Assembly: GCA_039621445.1 (NCBI GenBank)
Contig: CP154954.1
Location: forward strand, 43,088,632-43,152,631
DNA length: 64,000 nucleotides
Direction: 5' to 3'
Origin: Euglena gracilis
Lineage: Eukaryota
Each line of letters begins with the position of its first letter. Position 1 is the stretch's first letter. This document shows, piece by piece, positions 1 through 14,115 of the stretch. The notes beneath the pieces are model-generated. The model was given only the letters and a program-made list of their open reading frames with translations, did no database searches and was not told the DNA's origin. The translations under genes and the position numbers were made by a program.

Positions 1-92
1 TTGCTCAGCTGCACCACCATAGGTTGCCGGGGGGGGGGGCACCGTTTTCTTTTGGCCTGGGGGCAGGCTCAGCCCGCCGGACCGCTGCCCGC

Positions 93-3000
93 AGCGCAAC
101 TCCCTGGCGGAGGGCGTGTCATGGCGCTGCCACGCGCCGGCCACCGAGATGGCGCAGCGCCTCACCACGATGTGGAAAGCCGACGACGAGGCCGGGGCGG
201 GCCCTGGTCCCCCCCCCCCCACACACCAAACGCCATCGCTGGGGGGGGGGGGGGAGGGCGGTATCCACCCCACCGCCGCCGCCGGACCGGGCGTGGCCGG
301 CCCTGGGCGCGGCCCTGTTCGCGGAGGCCCTCGCGGTGTACGCCCCTGACTCGTTCCTCCACCAGGCGGTCCACACTGCGCAGCCCCACCAGCCCCGCCC
401 GCCCTAAACCAGACATGCGGGTTGGGCGCTGCCAATTCTGCTGCCAATCCTCAGCCACACAACACACACACACCACACACACGCACGCACACAACACACA
501 CACACACACACAACACACACACACACACACACACACAACACAACACACACACACATACACAACACACACACACCACACACACGCACGCACACACACACAC
601 ACACAACACACACACACACACACAACACACACACACACACACACATAGGTCGCCCGATGGTTCCTCTCTCATGTATGAATGTACCCCCAGCGATTCACTG
701 GGTTGTGTGATGCCGTGTAAATGCGGGGCGGGGGGCGTAACCGGTGACGCCACCCTCCCTGGCAGGCGGGGCTGCCCCCGGCCAGGAGATCGGGAAGCAC
801 GTGGCTCCCTTCCTGAAGCTGCTGCACTGTGCACTACACCCAGGATGCTGGGGGTAACAGGAGAGGCAGAAGGTGTTGGCTCATCATCGGCTGATAGCGG
901 ATGACAGGTGACATAATCATCGTTCCTACAGCCAGTGTAAATAATCCAGAGGTTCTTTCCCACTGAAAGTGTCCTACGTTATAGGTCCAAAAATCTAAAT
1001 TGGATATGCCCCCCATTTTGGAGTTCCAGTGTGCTGTCTGGAGGTCCAGACAGTCGGCACCTTTTTTTTTCCAGCCAGCAGCTTCCGTCCGGGCTGCGGA
1101 CACCCGAGTGGGCGGAGGGTACGCTGTTAAATAATTGGGGATTTATACAGCTGGACCCAACCCAAAGAATGCTATGTAAAAAGAATAATTTTTTTTGACG
1201 GTCAAAGAAAGATGGTTTGGTGGTTTCCACGTTTATTAGCTCGAATTTTTGGCTAAAGGCTTTTATCAGGGGAGGAAAGAATGCGGACCACGCAATCCAC
1301 ATACTGCCACATAATTTGCTTTTGGGGGGAAATGGTTTGATATAGGTGTTGTCTTTTTTTTTAAAGAAACATTTGTTGTTCGCATTCTTTGTTGTCTTGT
1401 AAGGGACAGGCAGCACCTTGCTTTCGGGCCAGCACCTTCATCCAGCTGGCAGGACCCCTCCCTCCGACCCTTGAGAGACTTAAGAGAGACCCCCTGCGCG
1501 CGGGCACTGGTTCTGGCATGCCCCGGCCTCCTGGCGATCCAATCCGCCCCCACGGAGCAGCGGTACCACGGCAGTTGCTACGCCGCGGTCTCTCTTGCCA
1601 CCGCGGAGCAGGTGTGCCGCCGCAACAAGTCCGCCGCCCAAGCCCCACCGCATGCCGGGCGGCATTTTGTCGGGTCATATCGGAGCAGTGTGCCTCAACC
1701 AGAAGGGAAGAAACACCAGGGTGGCCCCTCTCGTCTTGCGACAACGACCGGGGGAGATGATGGTTTGGCTTCCCCTGGACACCCACAATGCAAATTCCTG
1801 CAGCAACTCTGAGAAAGAGGATTTCATAAGATTTTCTTCTGATCAGTGGCTGTTTTAAAAGGTTGTTGATCGGGGGTGGGCGAGTTTCCTTGGCCCAGGG
1901 TGATTTAAAATCCCCTTCTCTGCCTTTTGATCTCTGAGGCGTGTATGTATCCCTTCTCTGCAAAAGCTCTTCCCAACTCTTACCGCTGCCGTTTTCGCAA
2001 TTAGTTCACATTTTTATCTTTTGGTTTTGGTGATTTGGTTTATCATCGGAACAACCTATTTTTAACAAAGAATCATGCATCTCCCAACACAGAGTTCGCA
2101 GATTTGGGCCATTCGGCAAACGAAGGGGATTTGAGGCAACAGCAAATGTTTTTTTTTGACACAAACACCTCAATAACAGCCGCCCCCCCCCCCCCAACCA
2201 ACTGTTTTGACCAACTGCCCAAGCCCGTTGCGCCCCAAAATAGTTGGGCTATTACTCAGCAGGACTCTGGTGTACCTCCCGAGGCGGCGGTTGGGTTGGG
2301 TGGGGGTTGCCCGCGACAAGCTGTTGGACTATTTCCGTTTCGACGGCATCGTCACCGTCACAACGTCCCCCCAGTCGCCCACGGCTCGGTGGGGGTCGGG
2401 CCGGTTCGGTCGGGTTCGGGTGTGCCTGGGCTGGGCCGTCGGAGGGGGGTCTGGCTGTCTGGTGGACATTGGACAGCCAAAGTGGAGGAATCCCAGAAAC
2501 GACCGGATGACCTCTCTGCTGTTCTCTGGCGGAAAGGGTGTTGCGATCATTAATTGTTGATTTTATTTCAGCATTTCCGCAGTCCTAATTCACTTCACAA
2601 TTCAGGAGAGAGCGCAGAGGCGTTTTGCATGACGGTCCCATCAAAGGACGAAGGGTGGGCTCGATTTTTTAAGCTCCATCCAGGAATCTCCCCACGACGT
2701 TGTCACTCCGTGAGGTTGTGACCAACCACCTTGTCTTTTTGGGTCTGTGCCCGTTGACTATTGTTGCTAAGCTGTGTCCAGCCTATACCGACTGGAGTTG
2801 CCATGCCTAAATTTTTTGACATTTGCACTGAGGATGTGGTTGGCATTGGAATTACCGATGCCCACCCTCCCCCCCCCCCTGGCTTCCAACCGGAAAGGTA
2901 TTGGCGGCAACAATTTAGGCAGCCGACATGGTGCACGGGGTGGGGGGTTGGGTGCTTTTTCCCTGTGTCTGTTTTTTTTTTGATAAGCGGGGCGGGCATT

Positions 3001-6000
3001 TGGGGTTACTCCCCAACAGTGTCGTCCAGTGAGCCAGTTGCGGGCCAAAAAGTGTGGTCGCAGTGGACGTACCGCTCGTCAGGACCGTGGCGGCCCAGCA
3101 CGCACCGCAATGACAGCCACGCATGGCCACGTCGGGTGGGTCCCCTCCCGTGAGGTACCGGGCGGTGCCCGCGGCCGCCCACCAGCTGCTGCACGGCGCC
3201 CGCAAGGCGCTGGTGGTCGTCACCCCCGCGGACAGCGAGGACCCCAGCCAGCCCCCCCCCCCACCCCGGGACGTGATACACCGCCTGAGAGCATCCCTGC
3301 GGTGTGTGGGGCTGCCGTTGGGGGGGGGGGGACTGGTCTGGTTGGGGAGGGGGGGCCTGGGCCCAACTGCTGCCCGGTGCGGCTGCCGGGCAACGGGGCG
3401 GAGGTGGCGTTCGCCGCCACGCAGCTGTACAGGGTCACGGCGGCCGGGTACCTCCCGGGGCGGGAGGTGGCGGCCCGCCTGGGGGTGGGCGAGCCCCTGG
3501 GGGAGAACTTCCTCATCATTGAGCTGGAGGCCGTCGCCCGGGGACGCCCACCGGGGAGGGGGGGGGGGGGGGCTTTGGGGTAATCTGGGGGGGGACGGCG
3601 GAGACATGGCAGCAGAGTGGAAAGAATGTGTTTTTCGTGGTTTTGTCGTTTTGTGAGGTTTTTTTGGGAGCCCTGGTGCCCTAAGGCGGGGGGGGGGGGT
3701 CTCTCCGGGTGTCGGTCGTTTCCAGGTTCCATCCCCGTGTGTTGTGTGTTGTTGTCGGGGCGTGCGATGGTGTGACGGTGTGGGATGCCGCGCTGAACGG
3801 TGTAGCGTGCCCGACCCGGCTGGGCCTGTCCGGGCAAACCCTCCACGGCACCAAATCCGACCCCCCCCCCCGGGGAAATAGCCAAAGGTGCCTGGCCCCT
3901 CAGCCACGCCGGAATGACCAGGCAGGCAGGCGGGGGGCGGGGGGCTGGGGACTGCCAGGCACCCCCCCAGGACCTCTGAGCCCCCTCTCCCCGGTGGGGG
4001 GGGGGGGGCTGGGAAGGGTTGGCTTGGGGCGGGGAGCCTTCCCGTCGGGGACGCGTTCTGGGACCTCGTCCCGGACATGGTGAAGAGTGAGCGGCAGGCG
4101 GACGGGCTGGGCCCGCTGATGGCGGCCCGGCTCCGCGCCGCCCACGGGGACCCCCGGCCGGGAATCCCCCCCCCAAGGAACAAAGATTAACCCAGGCAGA
4201 GAACCAGATGGCGTGGGCCAAGCCAGGTGCATTGGCGGGGCGTTCAGTGGGATGGTGGTGCTTGAGGCAACGGTCGGAAAAAAATCGATGTCTACCTTTT
4301 TTTAGGTCGAAATTCTCTTCCGTTTCGACTCGACTTCAACCATTCGATCCAAAGATTTCCTTCCTCCTCACCCCCCCCCCTCGCGGTGCCTCTCCTCCAA
4401 CCTGCAGATTTGGGCCCTAAATTTGGCTTCCGCCTAAACTTGCGATCTTGGCCTGCAGTTGCCCACTGGAGAGATGTGGCATGGCATAGGCGCAAACGCC
4501 TCACCGTGGGCTTTGCACCCAAACAAGCACACGGAATTCAGTGCGAAATGGTAAAGGCATGCTTTCCTCAGATGTAATGATGCTACGGGTGATGAAGAAT
4601 TCTTTCCAGCAGGGTGAGGAAAACGATCCAAACAAAGGCATCATCCCATGAATTCAACCACAACACCATAATGTCATCCAATTTTGCAAAAAAAAAACAC
4701 AAGGTTGAATTTGTTTGCCCCAGGTTGCGTTAATTGGTTGCCACAGTGTTTTGGGGTAGGCGGTGTCTGGTGTCAAAAGCCTGAAACCGGCAGAGCCATG
4801 GAAAGGCGTGTGCGGTATTGATAGTCGCCCTCCTCGTGGACCGCCCTAAACAATTGCCGGCCACTGAATATGGTGTTGCCGCCGCCGAGCAGAAGCATCG
4901 ATTCGAAGCCACCAAACCCAGGCATCAGTGCCATTGTTGGTGAGATGAAGATTCCGCATGCTTCATTGCATCATCTATGGGTATCCATCACATCAGAAAG
5001 CAACAAACGTTCAGGGAGTGTCTCGTGTGGTTCACCCCTCCTCAACGCTTGCCACGTTCCATCCCCCAGATCTTTGCCAACAGGTGTGGGCGTGGGTGCA
5101 GGCAAATTTTTGAGCAATGCAAGGACCATTGTCAAGCCGCCGACATTGCCCATTGCGGCGACATTGCATCATTGCAGAGGAGGGTTCTTAGGATCCTCCA
5201 ACCTACCCCACTCCAACCACCACTCAACCCGCCCACTGGGACTGCCAATGCTTTGATTCAAAATTTGCTGGTTTCCCATTTGTAATCCCTGAACATCCTC
5301 CCAGGTTTGAATGAAATATTCCTCTGGGATTTCAAAATCTGAAGAAAAATCCTCAAAATACTCTGGGTTTGCAGTTTTCTGCAGTTTTTCCATCAAAACG
5401 TCTGTGAATTGTATGATGTAAAACGCATTTTCTGAGAAAATTTCAGTCATGGTGGAATCTGTCTGAGATCCTCGGTTGAGAGAAAACCTGGGGTTGGAAC
5501 ACGGAAATTGTGAGGCATTTCTTCCCACTCATTTCCTCTCCGTGGTGGGGAAATACCTGTGAGAAATGGTGTGCCAACTAGGAAACGGGACCCTCCCCAT
5601 CATCATGGACAGGCTCCATTCAACAAGATTGTGGGGGCACCTGTGGGCTGAGCAAGGCGGTGGCGAGGGTCTCGGTCCTCCCCGCGTAGGGCCGCTTCTG
5701 GACGTCCAGCTTCGGCCTGCAGGCCACATTGGAATGGCCTTGCAATTGGGCTTCCACTTGCATTTGTGCCCTGCATTTGCACTTGCACACCATGGCAATG
5801 TTTGAGCAATGCCAAGTGATTACCATCCCATCGCCACCTCCAGGAACAAACAGGCAGACGTTGGACCACAAAAAGCCTGTCGTGGCCACCGCATCGTCCC
5901 ATCCATGTGCAAAGCACGCACCTCCCGATGTCGACGAGAAACAGCAAAATGGACCGGAGCTTATACGTAGATTTCCTTAGCACGGCGTGGGGAGTTGGAC

Positions 6001-9000
6001 CTGCCCTTGCAGCCTGGTACAGCGTTCACACCCACCTGCGATGGGAGGGGCCAAGCGCTTAGTCGCTGGAAGAGGTTATTGTGCAAGTGACTGATTGTTT
6101 TTTTTTTTAGCCCAAACCCCTTCCCCCCCTGGGGGAGGGGTGACCCTTTCACACCCGAAGGAGGCCATGGGGGCCAGATACGTGCCAAGCCCAAAAGAAC
6201 ATCATTCATGCATTCACCGTTGATTTTCCATTCCCTCCCTGTGCCCGCCATAAGCTGGCCGTGGGTGGGGCACGGCTAGGGGCCATCTGCGGCAGGAGGA
6301 GAGGCTCCCTTGCAGAAGGCTCTCGAGCCTCCACGAATGGCCCATAACCATTAAACTGCCCCGGCGCCGAAGGTGCCGCAAAAAATTTGGCTGCTTTTGC
6401 ACGTCTGTGGTCAATTCTCTCGTGGCTTGGGGCCGGGGTATACCCCCCTTTGCTAACTCCCCTGCGGAACGGGTTGGCGGGGCACAGGCCCCACGCTGCC
6501 TGCCGCCCGCCTGGCCATTGTGCTGGCTCGCGTGGGGCCAGGAGTGGTGGTTGGATGGCTGCCCGGGGGTTGCCACTCGGGCGATGGCGCTGGCGACCGG
6601 GTGGTCCCCCCCCCTCAAGGGGGCAGTGACCGACCAGGTTTCCAAAAGAAATTGGCTTGTTGGTTTTTGGAAGAGTGGTAACGACCCCCCCTTCCCTGTC
6701 CAGAGGGTCGGTAGAAATAAATTGTTTGGCGCCAAGTTCCTCCGCAGTGCGGGTTGGCCTCAGTGGACAAGTGGTTGCCTCCTCAATTTCTGTTCATTTG
6801 GACCACAGAAAGCCAGTTTGCATTTGTCCCTGCAACCTTTTAACCTTTTGGGGGGTATGCAACGCACTGTAAGGAACTCAAACGGATGGAAGTGATGAAG
6901 CTGTTTATTCTTTGCACCGGCACAGGGTGCCGTTCCAGGAAATGATTTTCCACCAATTGTTTTGTTGGTTTGCTCATTGCCACAGGATGAAAAAGGTATT
7001 TTTACAGGAACAAAAGAGACCAAAGACCATGAAATGGGAGGTCCTAACAGAAACTGCATTTCGAACAATCAAAATTCCAGCAACCAAAAGTTTAGGGATT
7101 ACTGAAAGTGGTCAAGATGCTCGGGTTGCAAGGCTCACCAACATGTGTCCTGATTGTTCAAAGATTGTTTTCAGAAAGCAAAAAGAATGACAACGCTGTT
7201 TCTGTGATGGCAAAATCAGCAAACGTTTCATTGGACCGTGTGTGGAAGAAGCGTCATACAACAGGCACACAAAGACCACACCAGCCCACAGTGGCCATAT
7301 TCATTATCCCAAGCAAAAGGGTACACCTCTTTGCTCGACCACAACAAAGGCTTCAAAAGAAGTGGCCAAATTCGGTGATATTTTGCCACAATTTTGTGTG
7401 CTCAAATCTTCTTCATGGTTGTCAGTTTTTTTGTCGATCAACAGCAGAGAATTCTATCATAAATAATCGAATTGGGACCCGGAGTTTAAGGCTGCAACAA
7501 AAACACGAGAAAGGACAGTGGGCATTGCCTATTTGTGGTATTATTATCAAATTATAATCATTATGAAAGTACCATACTTGATGGTGAATAAAAATACAAA
7601 CATAATTATAAACATTATTATAAATGTAAATATAAATCTAAGTTCAAATTTACGTAGACGTATAAACATAAATACGAATACAAATATAAACATAAATATA
7701 TGTATAATATAAATGTAAATATATAAATATGGATATGAATATGAATATGAATGTATTGTCAATATTTTAATGTAAATACAATGTTGAATATGTATTGAAT
7801 GTGAATGCAAACATAAACCTGTACATGAATACAAGTAAAACCCCCCCAAATATAAAGCCACCCCCGGCTTTATATTTGGACGGGAGTTTGAGACCCTCAG
7901 GGGGGGCTATATATTTGGGGGGGGGAATCAAACTCTTTTGGGAGGACCTTCGGCAGTCTTCAATTGTGGCCAGATACCAAATTTTATGCCAAATTTTTGT
8001 TGCGTATTTCCTAAAGTGTGCACTCATTGTCAAAAATGGTGCATTTCTGGCGAAAAAAAAATGGTGTATCCACCCAAAAGTTTTCTACTTTTTCCTGAAC
8101 AGAACCATTGTTCGGCTGCACATCATGGGGGGGGGGGGGGCTTTATACTTGGGCGGCATGACCAAACTCCCTGGGGGGCTTTATATTTGGGGGGGGCTTT
8201 ATATTGGGGGGGGGTATAATACAAGAATAAAGATATAAATATACGCAAAATATAAATGTAAACAGAGACGTCAATACAAATATGAATTCAAATATGAACA
8301 CAAATATTAAATTATAAATTATTCTGCAATTATATCATAAATGTACAATGTACGATGCACAAAAAATATAATAAAATATAAATGCATATGTCATATGCAT
8401 GTAAAATGTTTTTTATGTTTATACAGGGTATCTGATATTAAAAGAGGGCTATTACCCCCCCCCCTATGTCCAACGACCCCCCTATGTCCAATGACCACCC
8501 CCCCCCCACCCCGGTCAGAGGACACCTTTTCGGTGGTTTGACCAAATTTTTGGTCCCGGCGCTTCGCGCCGGGACGAAAAATTTGCCCAAAAAATTGGCC
8601 AAAAATTTGACCAAAATGCCATTTTTGACACTTTTTGGACAAAAATTTGTCAGAATCGCCCAAAATTTTCGCCGCGAAGCGCGGGAAGGGAAAATTTGGG
8701 CATTTTTGGGTGAGTGGGGACCCGGGTACCCACCAATTTTCTTTTGCCCCCATGTCCAACGACCACCCTCCCCCGTCAGAGGATAGAGGTTACCGGTCAT
8801 TCGACATAGGGGGGGAGGGGGTAACAAGAAGCAAAGTGTTTTTCCACAATAAATTTCAATTTCAATTTGAGCTTTTCTATGCAAATTTTATCAATAAATC
8901 TGTTCCGCAGGGGTAAATATAAAAAGTGGCTGGCATTTTCTGGTCCAATTGACCGAGAGTATTTAGTTTCTTCTTTTTTTTTCATTTTGGTTTCTGATCT

Positions 9001-11290
9001 GTATTTTTTTGAATTAAAAAGAGGGGAGAGGTGTATGGCACACCGGTGAAGAAGAGGTCATCCGGGACCTCTTCCCGTTGTTTTTTGTCATTTTCATGAA
9101 GGCCAGCAAGTGATTTCAACAACAGGATCATGGAACCAATTTGGTCTCGTTTTTGGCACAGTTTTAGGATTAAAATCTGCCCAAAAAGTGCCTTACACAA
9201 ACCTTTAATCATATTATTGACCCTGTCAAACCCTCCAATCATATCATGAACGTCAGAACAATCCCAGAGGAAACGTCAAGGTCAAACATGAAGCACGGCG
9301 TAAGAAAATCGCGAAGAAAATTTGACCCGGGGGGGTCCAGCTAGCCAGCAGTCTTTTTACAGCCCGGGGCCCCTCCCCCCCATTCAAGAGTTTTATTTAT
9401 TTTTTTCCAGCCGCCTGAAGGGCACCCGGACAGTGATGGATTTTTCGCTTTTCGGGGGTGCAAAATGGCAAAATGGGTCGGGTTTGGGCTGCCCAGCTCA
9501 AATTTTGGGTCAAAAAATCTGTGTTTTTATTGCATAACTGGCATTTTTTTTGGCATTTTGCAGTTTCGATTCTTTGGTCAGAGGTGGATCACCAGTCGGG
9601 CCCAGTTCCAGCCCTGGGAGGGGGGTCAGCCAGCACCTTTTTTCCATCCAGCCCAAAATTTCCAGCCTTTGTGCTGGTGACACCCCCCGGGGGGAGTCAC
9701 TAAGCAACGCCCTGATCTGAAGGGAACCCCGATTTTAACAAGCGATCCAATTTGTATGATGTATGGTCTATTACAGGTCAAGTTGCATGAAGAATGCATA
9801 TTGAATCATAAGTGGATCTTGAGAATGAAGATACCAATCAACCCACTGCCCAACAGCCCAGCAGCCAGACAGCAGCCAAGGAATGAAGAGCAGATAAAAT
9901 TATATGCACAATAGTTACCTTTTTGTCACCCCCAGTTTCAGATTCCTGGATCACAAAAAGAAATTTACCATTAACGCTGGATCATCTCAAGCTTCGAGTG
10001 CCCTAAAAGCGCCAGAAAAGGAATACTGCATGTTTTGACAACAGAATCAGGTGTGGAGAACCATCCAAGAGCTCAGAAACAACAGCTTCGTTCGGTGCCA
10101 GAGATCCATCCCCACCACAGATGAGTGAGCAACCCATGGGATGCACAGAACTCAAACGGCCAGGAGCGTTGTGAACAGTTTTATGGAAAGCAAGCAAACA
10201 ATTGCAAATTTGGGAAGTCCACGTGCGAGTCACTGGGCGAAGGGAGTCCCCCACCCAGGATGAGGCCGACCGCCCAAGACAACACATTGGGGATTGGGCC
10301 TCGACCCCTGACAAAGGGTGGGCACACCCACCCCGGCCCTCGGCGGCGGTTGCATTGCATTGCCTCGGGTGGGTGGATGAGATGAGACCCCTGTCTGGAC
10401 CCCCATCAGCTGCTCCACGAGCTGGGTCCAGTACGTCAACGCGAGACGCCACCTCTGAACATAAAATCCAACTTGAAGAGCGACAAGGCGGTATGAGAAA
10501 GTTGGTATTGTATTCTTGAAATGGAGGTGCTTGATGAGTTTGCAACACCCCACAGGGGATGAAGATGGGGGAAATAGCAGAGAAGTGGTTCGAAGTCGCC
10601 AAAAATTGTGGCAAAATTGTGGATAGCATTCTCCCCACTCAAACCCAGCTGGAATGTATCGTAAAGCATATACATTTATACCTGCCCTCGTGAAATTATT
10701 GCCTGACAAAAGATTTTTTACGTATCACATGTATCACAGCCTAAAAATTAATGCACCACACATGTATCACCAAAAAATTTATTTTTTTAGAAATTTTCAC
10801 ATTTTTTTATATTGGCAGACAGGTCAGCACCACGGAAGTGGGGCAGGAGCAGCCATGGGAACCTGAGTTCCTCAAGCCCAGGTGAGCGCCATCATATGTT
10901 CGTCTGGAAATTTTTCATCTTACAAATTTGTGCTTCACAACTATTTTTACCGGGGGAAAAATTGGAGGCCGAAAAAATTGATTGGGAAAAAATTGGCGTA
11001 CAGAAATCCTGCCAATTTTTTCCGGCTCTTTTTTGAAAATCCTGCCAATTTTTCCCCATTTCCCCCCAATTTTTTGGTTGCCATGGAAGAAATCTTGCCA
11101 TAACTGAACGTTTTCACATAAATAATCCTGCCAATTTTTTCCGGGCCGTTTTCAGGTTTGGCACCAATTTTTTCGGCTTCCAATTTTGTCGGTTCTAATT
11201 TTATCTAGCCCCAATTCCCCCCCCCCCGGTATATGTTTCACCAAGGAAAACTCATGTATCACGTATGTCACCATTTTTTTTATATACATA

Positions 11291-11324
<34 letters not shown>

Positions 11325-12408
11325 ATTATATATAAAAAATATATCATATATGTATCACCAAAAAAAATTTAGTGTATCACATATGTATCACCACCAAAAA
11401 AATTAATATATCACAGATGCGTTGTGATACGCACTAAATGGCGGTGGCCTGAGAGTCTCCCCCACAGCGGCATCACCAATGATCCCGATGGCGCACAGTT
11501 GGCGCATTTCCTTCGCCAACGTTTCCATACGTTCGGACCGGCAGCGTGAGTCTGCGGTGTCTGAAGTCTGTCTGAGGTGAAGGAGATTGTGTCGTCTTTT
11601 CCTTAATCAAAACGTCCAACCTTGAACCCAGGGTGTCGGGCGATGGCATTGGGGCGATCCTCGAGAAGTTCTGCGCGGTCAGCCCCCGCCAAAGCTGCGT
11701 CACGAAAGGCTGTGATGTCGTACCTCGCCCCCCGGGTCGGCTGGGCGCCGCATTAACAAAAGCCCATTCGGGGCGGGTTTCCCGGCCAAGGTCCAGAATG
11801 TGATCCAAGGGTCGCAAGGCTTTTTCCTGAAGGAGCAAGGTTCTTTTGATGCCATCCTGTGAAGGAGCGGTTCTGAGCAGCATTTTCAAGTGCGATTGCC
11901 CAGTGAGCCAAGTCCAACCCTTGCCGATAGGCAGCAGCTCCAAGCCTTTGAGGATGACGCCAATCATCTAGTCTGGGCTGTGAAACCGCCCCACAGACAG
12001 GAATGCTTTATATCCAAGGTTACGCATATTTTTGTACCCGTGGTGCACCAACAGCTAGTTCGGATCCTAACCCTTGTTTTGGGCATAACCCTAGTTTTGA
12101 TGCAAACCCTAATTTTGATACAAACCCTGATACCCGCCGAAACCCTAATTTGAGTTCTGATCAGATCCAAGTGACTGCCCAGTGAGCCTGTGAAAGCAAC
12201 TGTTGCAGGGCCGTCGTGGCAGAGTTACGATCAGAGGCCGGGTTTTGACCGGTTTTAGGGTTAGCCTGAGAACTAGGGTTATGAAAGTCCCTTAGAAAGG
12301 GTTAGGTCAGACATTTTCACACATATGTGTGTGTGTGTGTGTATATACACCTAACCCTAACCTTATATATATGTATGTATATAATATATATATATATATA
12401 TATATTAT

Positions 12409-12439
<31 letters not shown>

Positions 12440-13802
12440 TGAATAAGTAATCTCAACTTTCAACAGTCTGTTTGCATAACTCCTCGCACGCTCAAAATTC
12501 ACGCAACAACTGCTTGCGCCCTTCTTCACACTGGTGGCTTTTGTGACTGGAGGATTGTCTTCCAGAGGAACTGGTCCCAGGGCGACCCTGAAAACAGGGA
12601 GGGGGGCTAATCCTTAATGAAAGGCACAAAGTCAGGGTTACGTGAAAATGCATATGGGCCCAAGTCCATCGTGTGGTCCTTGGATGACGAGGTCGTCGCT
12701 GCACATTTCACATTCAGCGTCTTCTGCTCTTGCGCTTCTCATTTGTCGATCCAGATGCAACCTTCACGGCTCCATCCTTCCATAGCCATGCAGTTGTCAT
12801 TGGCATAATGGCACGCTGCTCCTCTGGGCCCCATTTTCTTTGTGGCAAAGGAATGGGCATGCGTGTTCGGCCGGCACGCTCTGCTGAAGACAGTGAGGAT
12901 GACGGCCCCTCCTGGGAACCGGGTTGGGTCAATCCGGCCCCAGGGAAGGGGGTTCGAACCCTCCCGGGCCGCCTGCTTCCTTCGCGAGGAAGACGGCTTG
13001 ATGCGTTGTGCAACGCACACCTCCTCCAATCTTCTCAATAAACGGTGAGCCAATGGCATGCCTCATTCTTCAATTGAGCGACGGGGAAGCGGTCGTTTAG
13101 GGCACCACCGCACAGTTAATGTTCCACCGCCTCAAGTTGTATGCCTGGGCCCTGGTTTGGTGTGGCTTAGCCCCCCCCCCTCTGGTTCGCCAGACACCCA
13201 CCACGTCCTCCCCCCTCCCCCCAGCGGGGGTGCCGTGGCGGGGACATCGACGTGTACGGGCGGCACACCCCGCGGGTGGCCACCGGGCTGTTCTGTGTGG
13301 CCGCCGACCTGCAGCGGCGGGGCCGGCCAGGGTGCTGGGCCCCCATGAGGGTGAGGGAAGTTGTTTGCCGTGGTGGGGGGTGTCGTCCGATGTCGTTCCC
13401 CGGATCATATCTGCCACTTGCAGTGTGTGTTCCCCCTGGTTTCATCCAAGCACCATCAGGACCGGGATTGCTATGAGGCCTGGGGAGGGTTCACTAAACA
13501 GCATTTTTGAGGAATATTGGCCTGGCTTGTCTGTCGGTCTCGGGGCACCTTCCCCGGCTGATTGGGGGGGGGGGGGGGCAGCGAGGGCCGAGCTCTGAGG
13601 GCAGCTGCTGGACGCGGCGCGTATCTACCAACAGGCGATGGAGGCGCAGGTGGCGGTGCTCGGGGCGAGGCACTCCTCCGTCGCCGTCACGTATGCCCAC
13701 CTCGCCACCGTGTACGAGGGGCTGGGCCCAGGGCGTCGCCATCCCCCGGCCAGCCAGCCGGTGTTGCGCCCCTCACCCACCTATCCTCACCCACCCACCC
13801 AG

Positions 13803-13834
<32 letters not shown>

Positions 13835-14070
13835 CCACACACACACACACACACACAACACACACACACACACACACAACACACACACACCCACACACAA
13901 CACACACACACGCACACACACACACACACAGACACACACACACACACACACCCACACCCACACCCACACCCACACCCACACCCACACCCACACCCACACA
14001 CACCCACACCCACACCCACATGACACCCACACACACCCACACACATGACACATACACACGGCACACACAC

Positions 14071-14115
<45 letters not shown>

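Larger units (their letters stand above)
4140..13242 (+). other. ~9.1 kb nonconventional intron of gene A containing TE debris
   Basis: gccCACGGgggacccc at the 5' end pairs with gggggtgCCGTG-gcggg at the 3' end. Removal joins ARLRA|DIDVYG, homologous to ARVRF|DLDMYG in gene B. Confidence 0.75.

Noticed and set aside
1-963. Long His/Thr- or Cys/Val-rich ORFs here and at ~13500-14600, 31100-31550, 37000-39150 and 50800-52150
   Set aside because: Translations of CA/TG microsatellites, which lack stop codons; not proteins.
2915-4221. Long minus-strand ORFs over GC-rich regions (also 47396-48916, 28194-29491)
   Set aside because: Antisense shadows of GC-rich exons and poly-G/C introns; the homology between paralogs is on the + strand.
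12060-12365. A true telomere or chromosome end
   Set aside because: Only a few degenerate units, located inside an intron.
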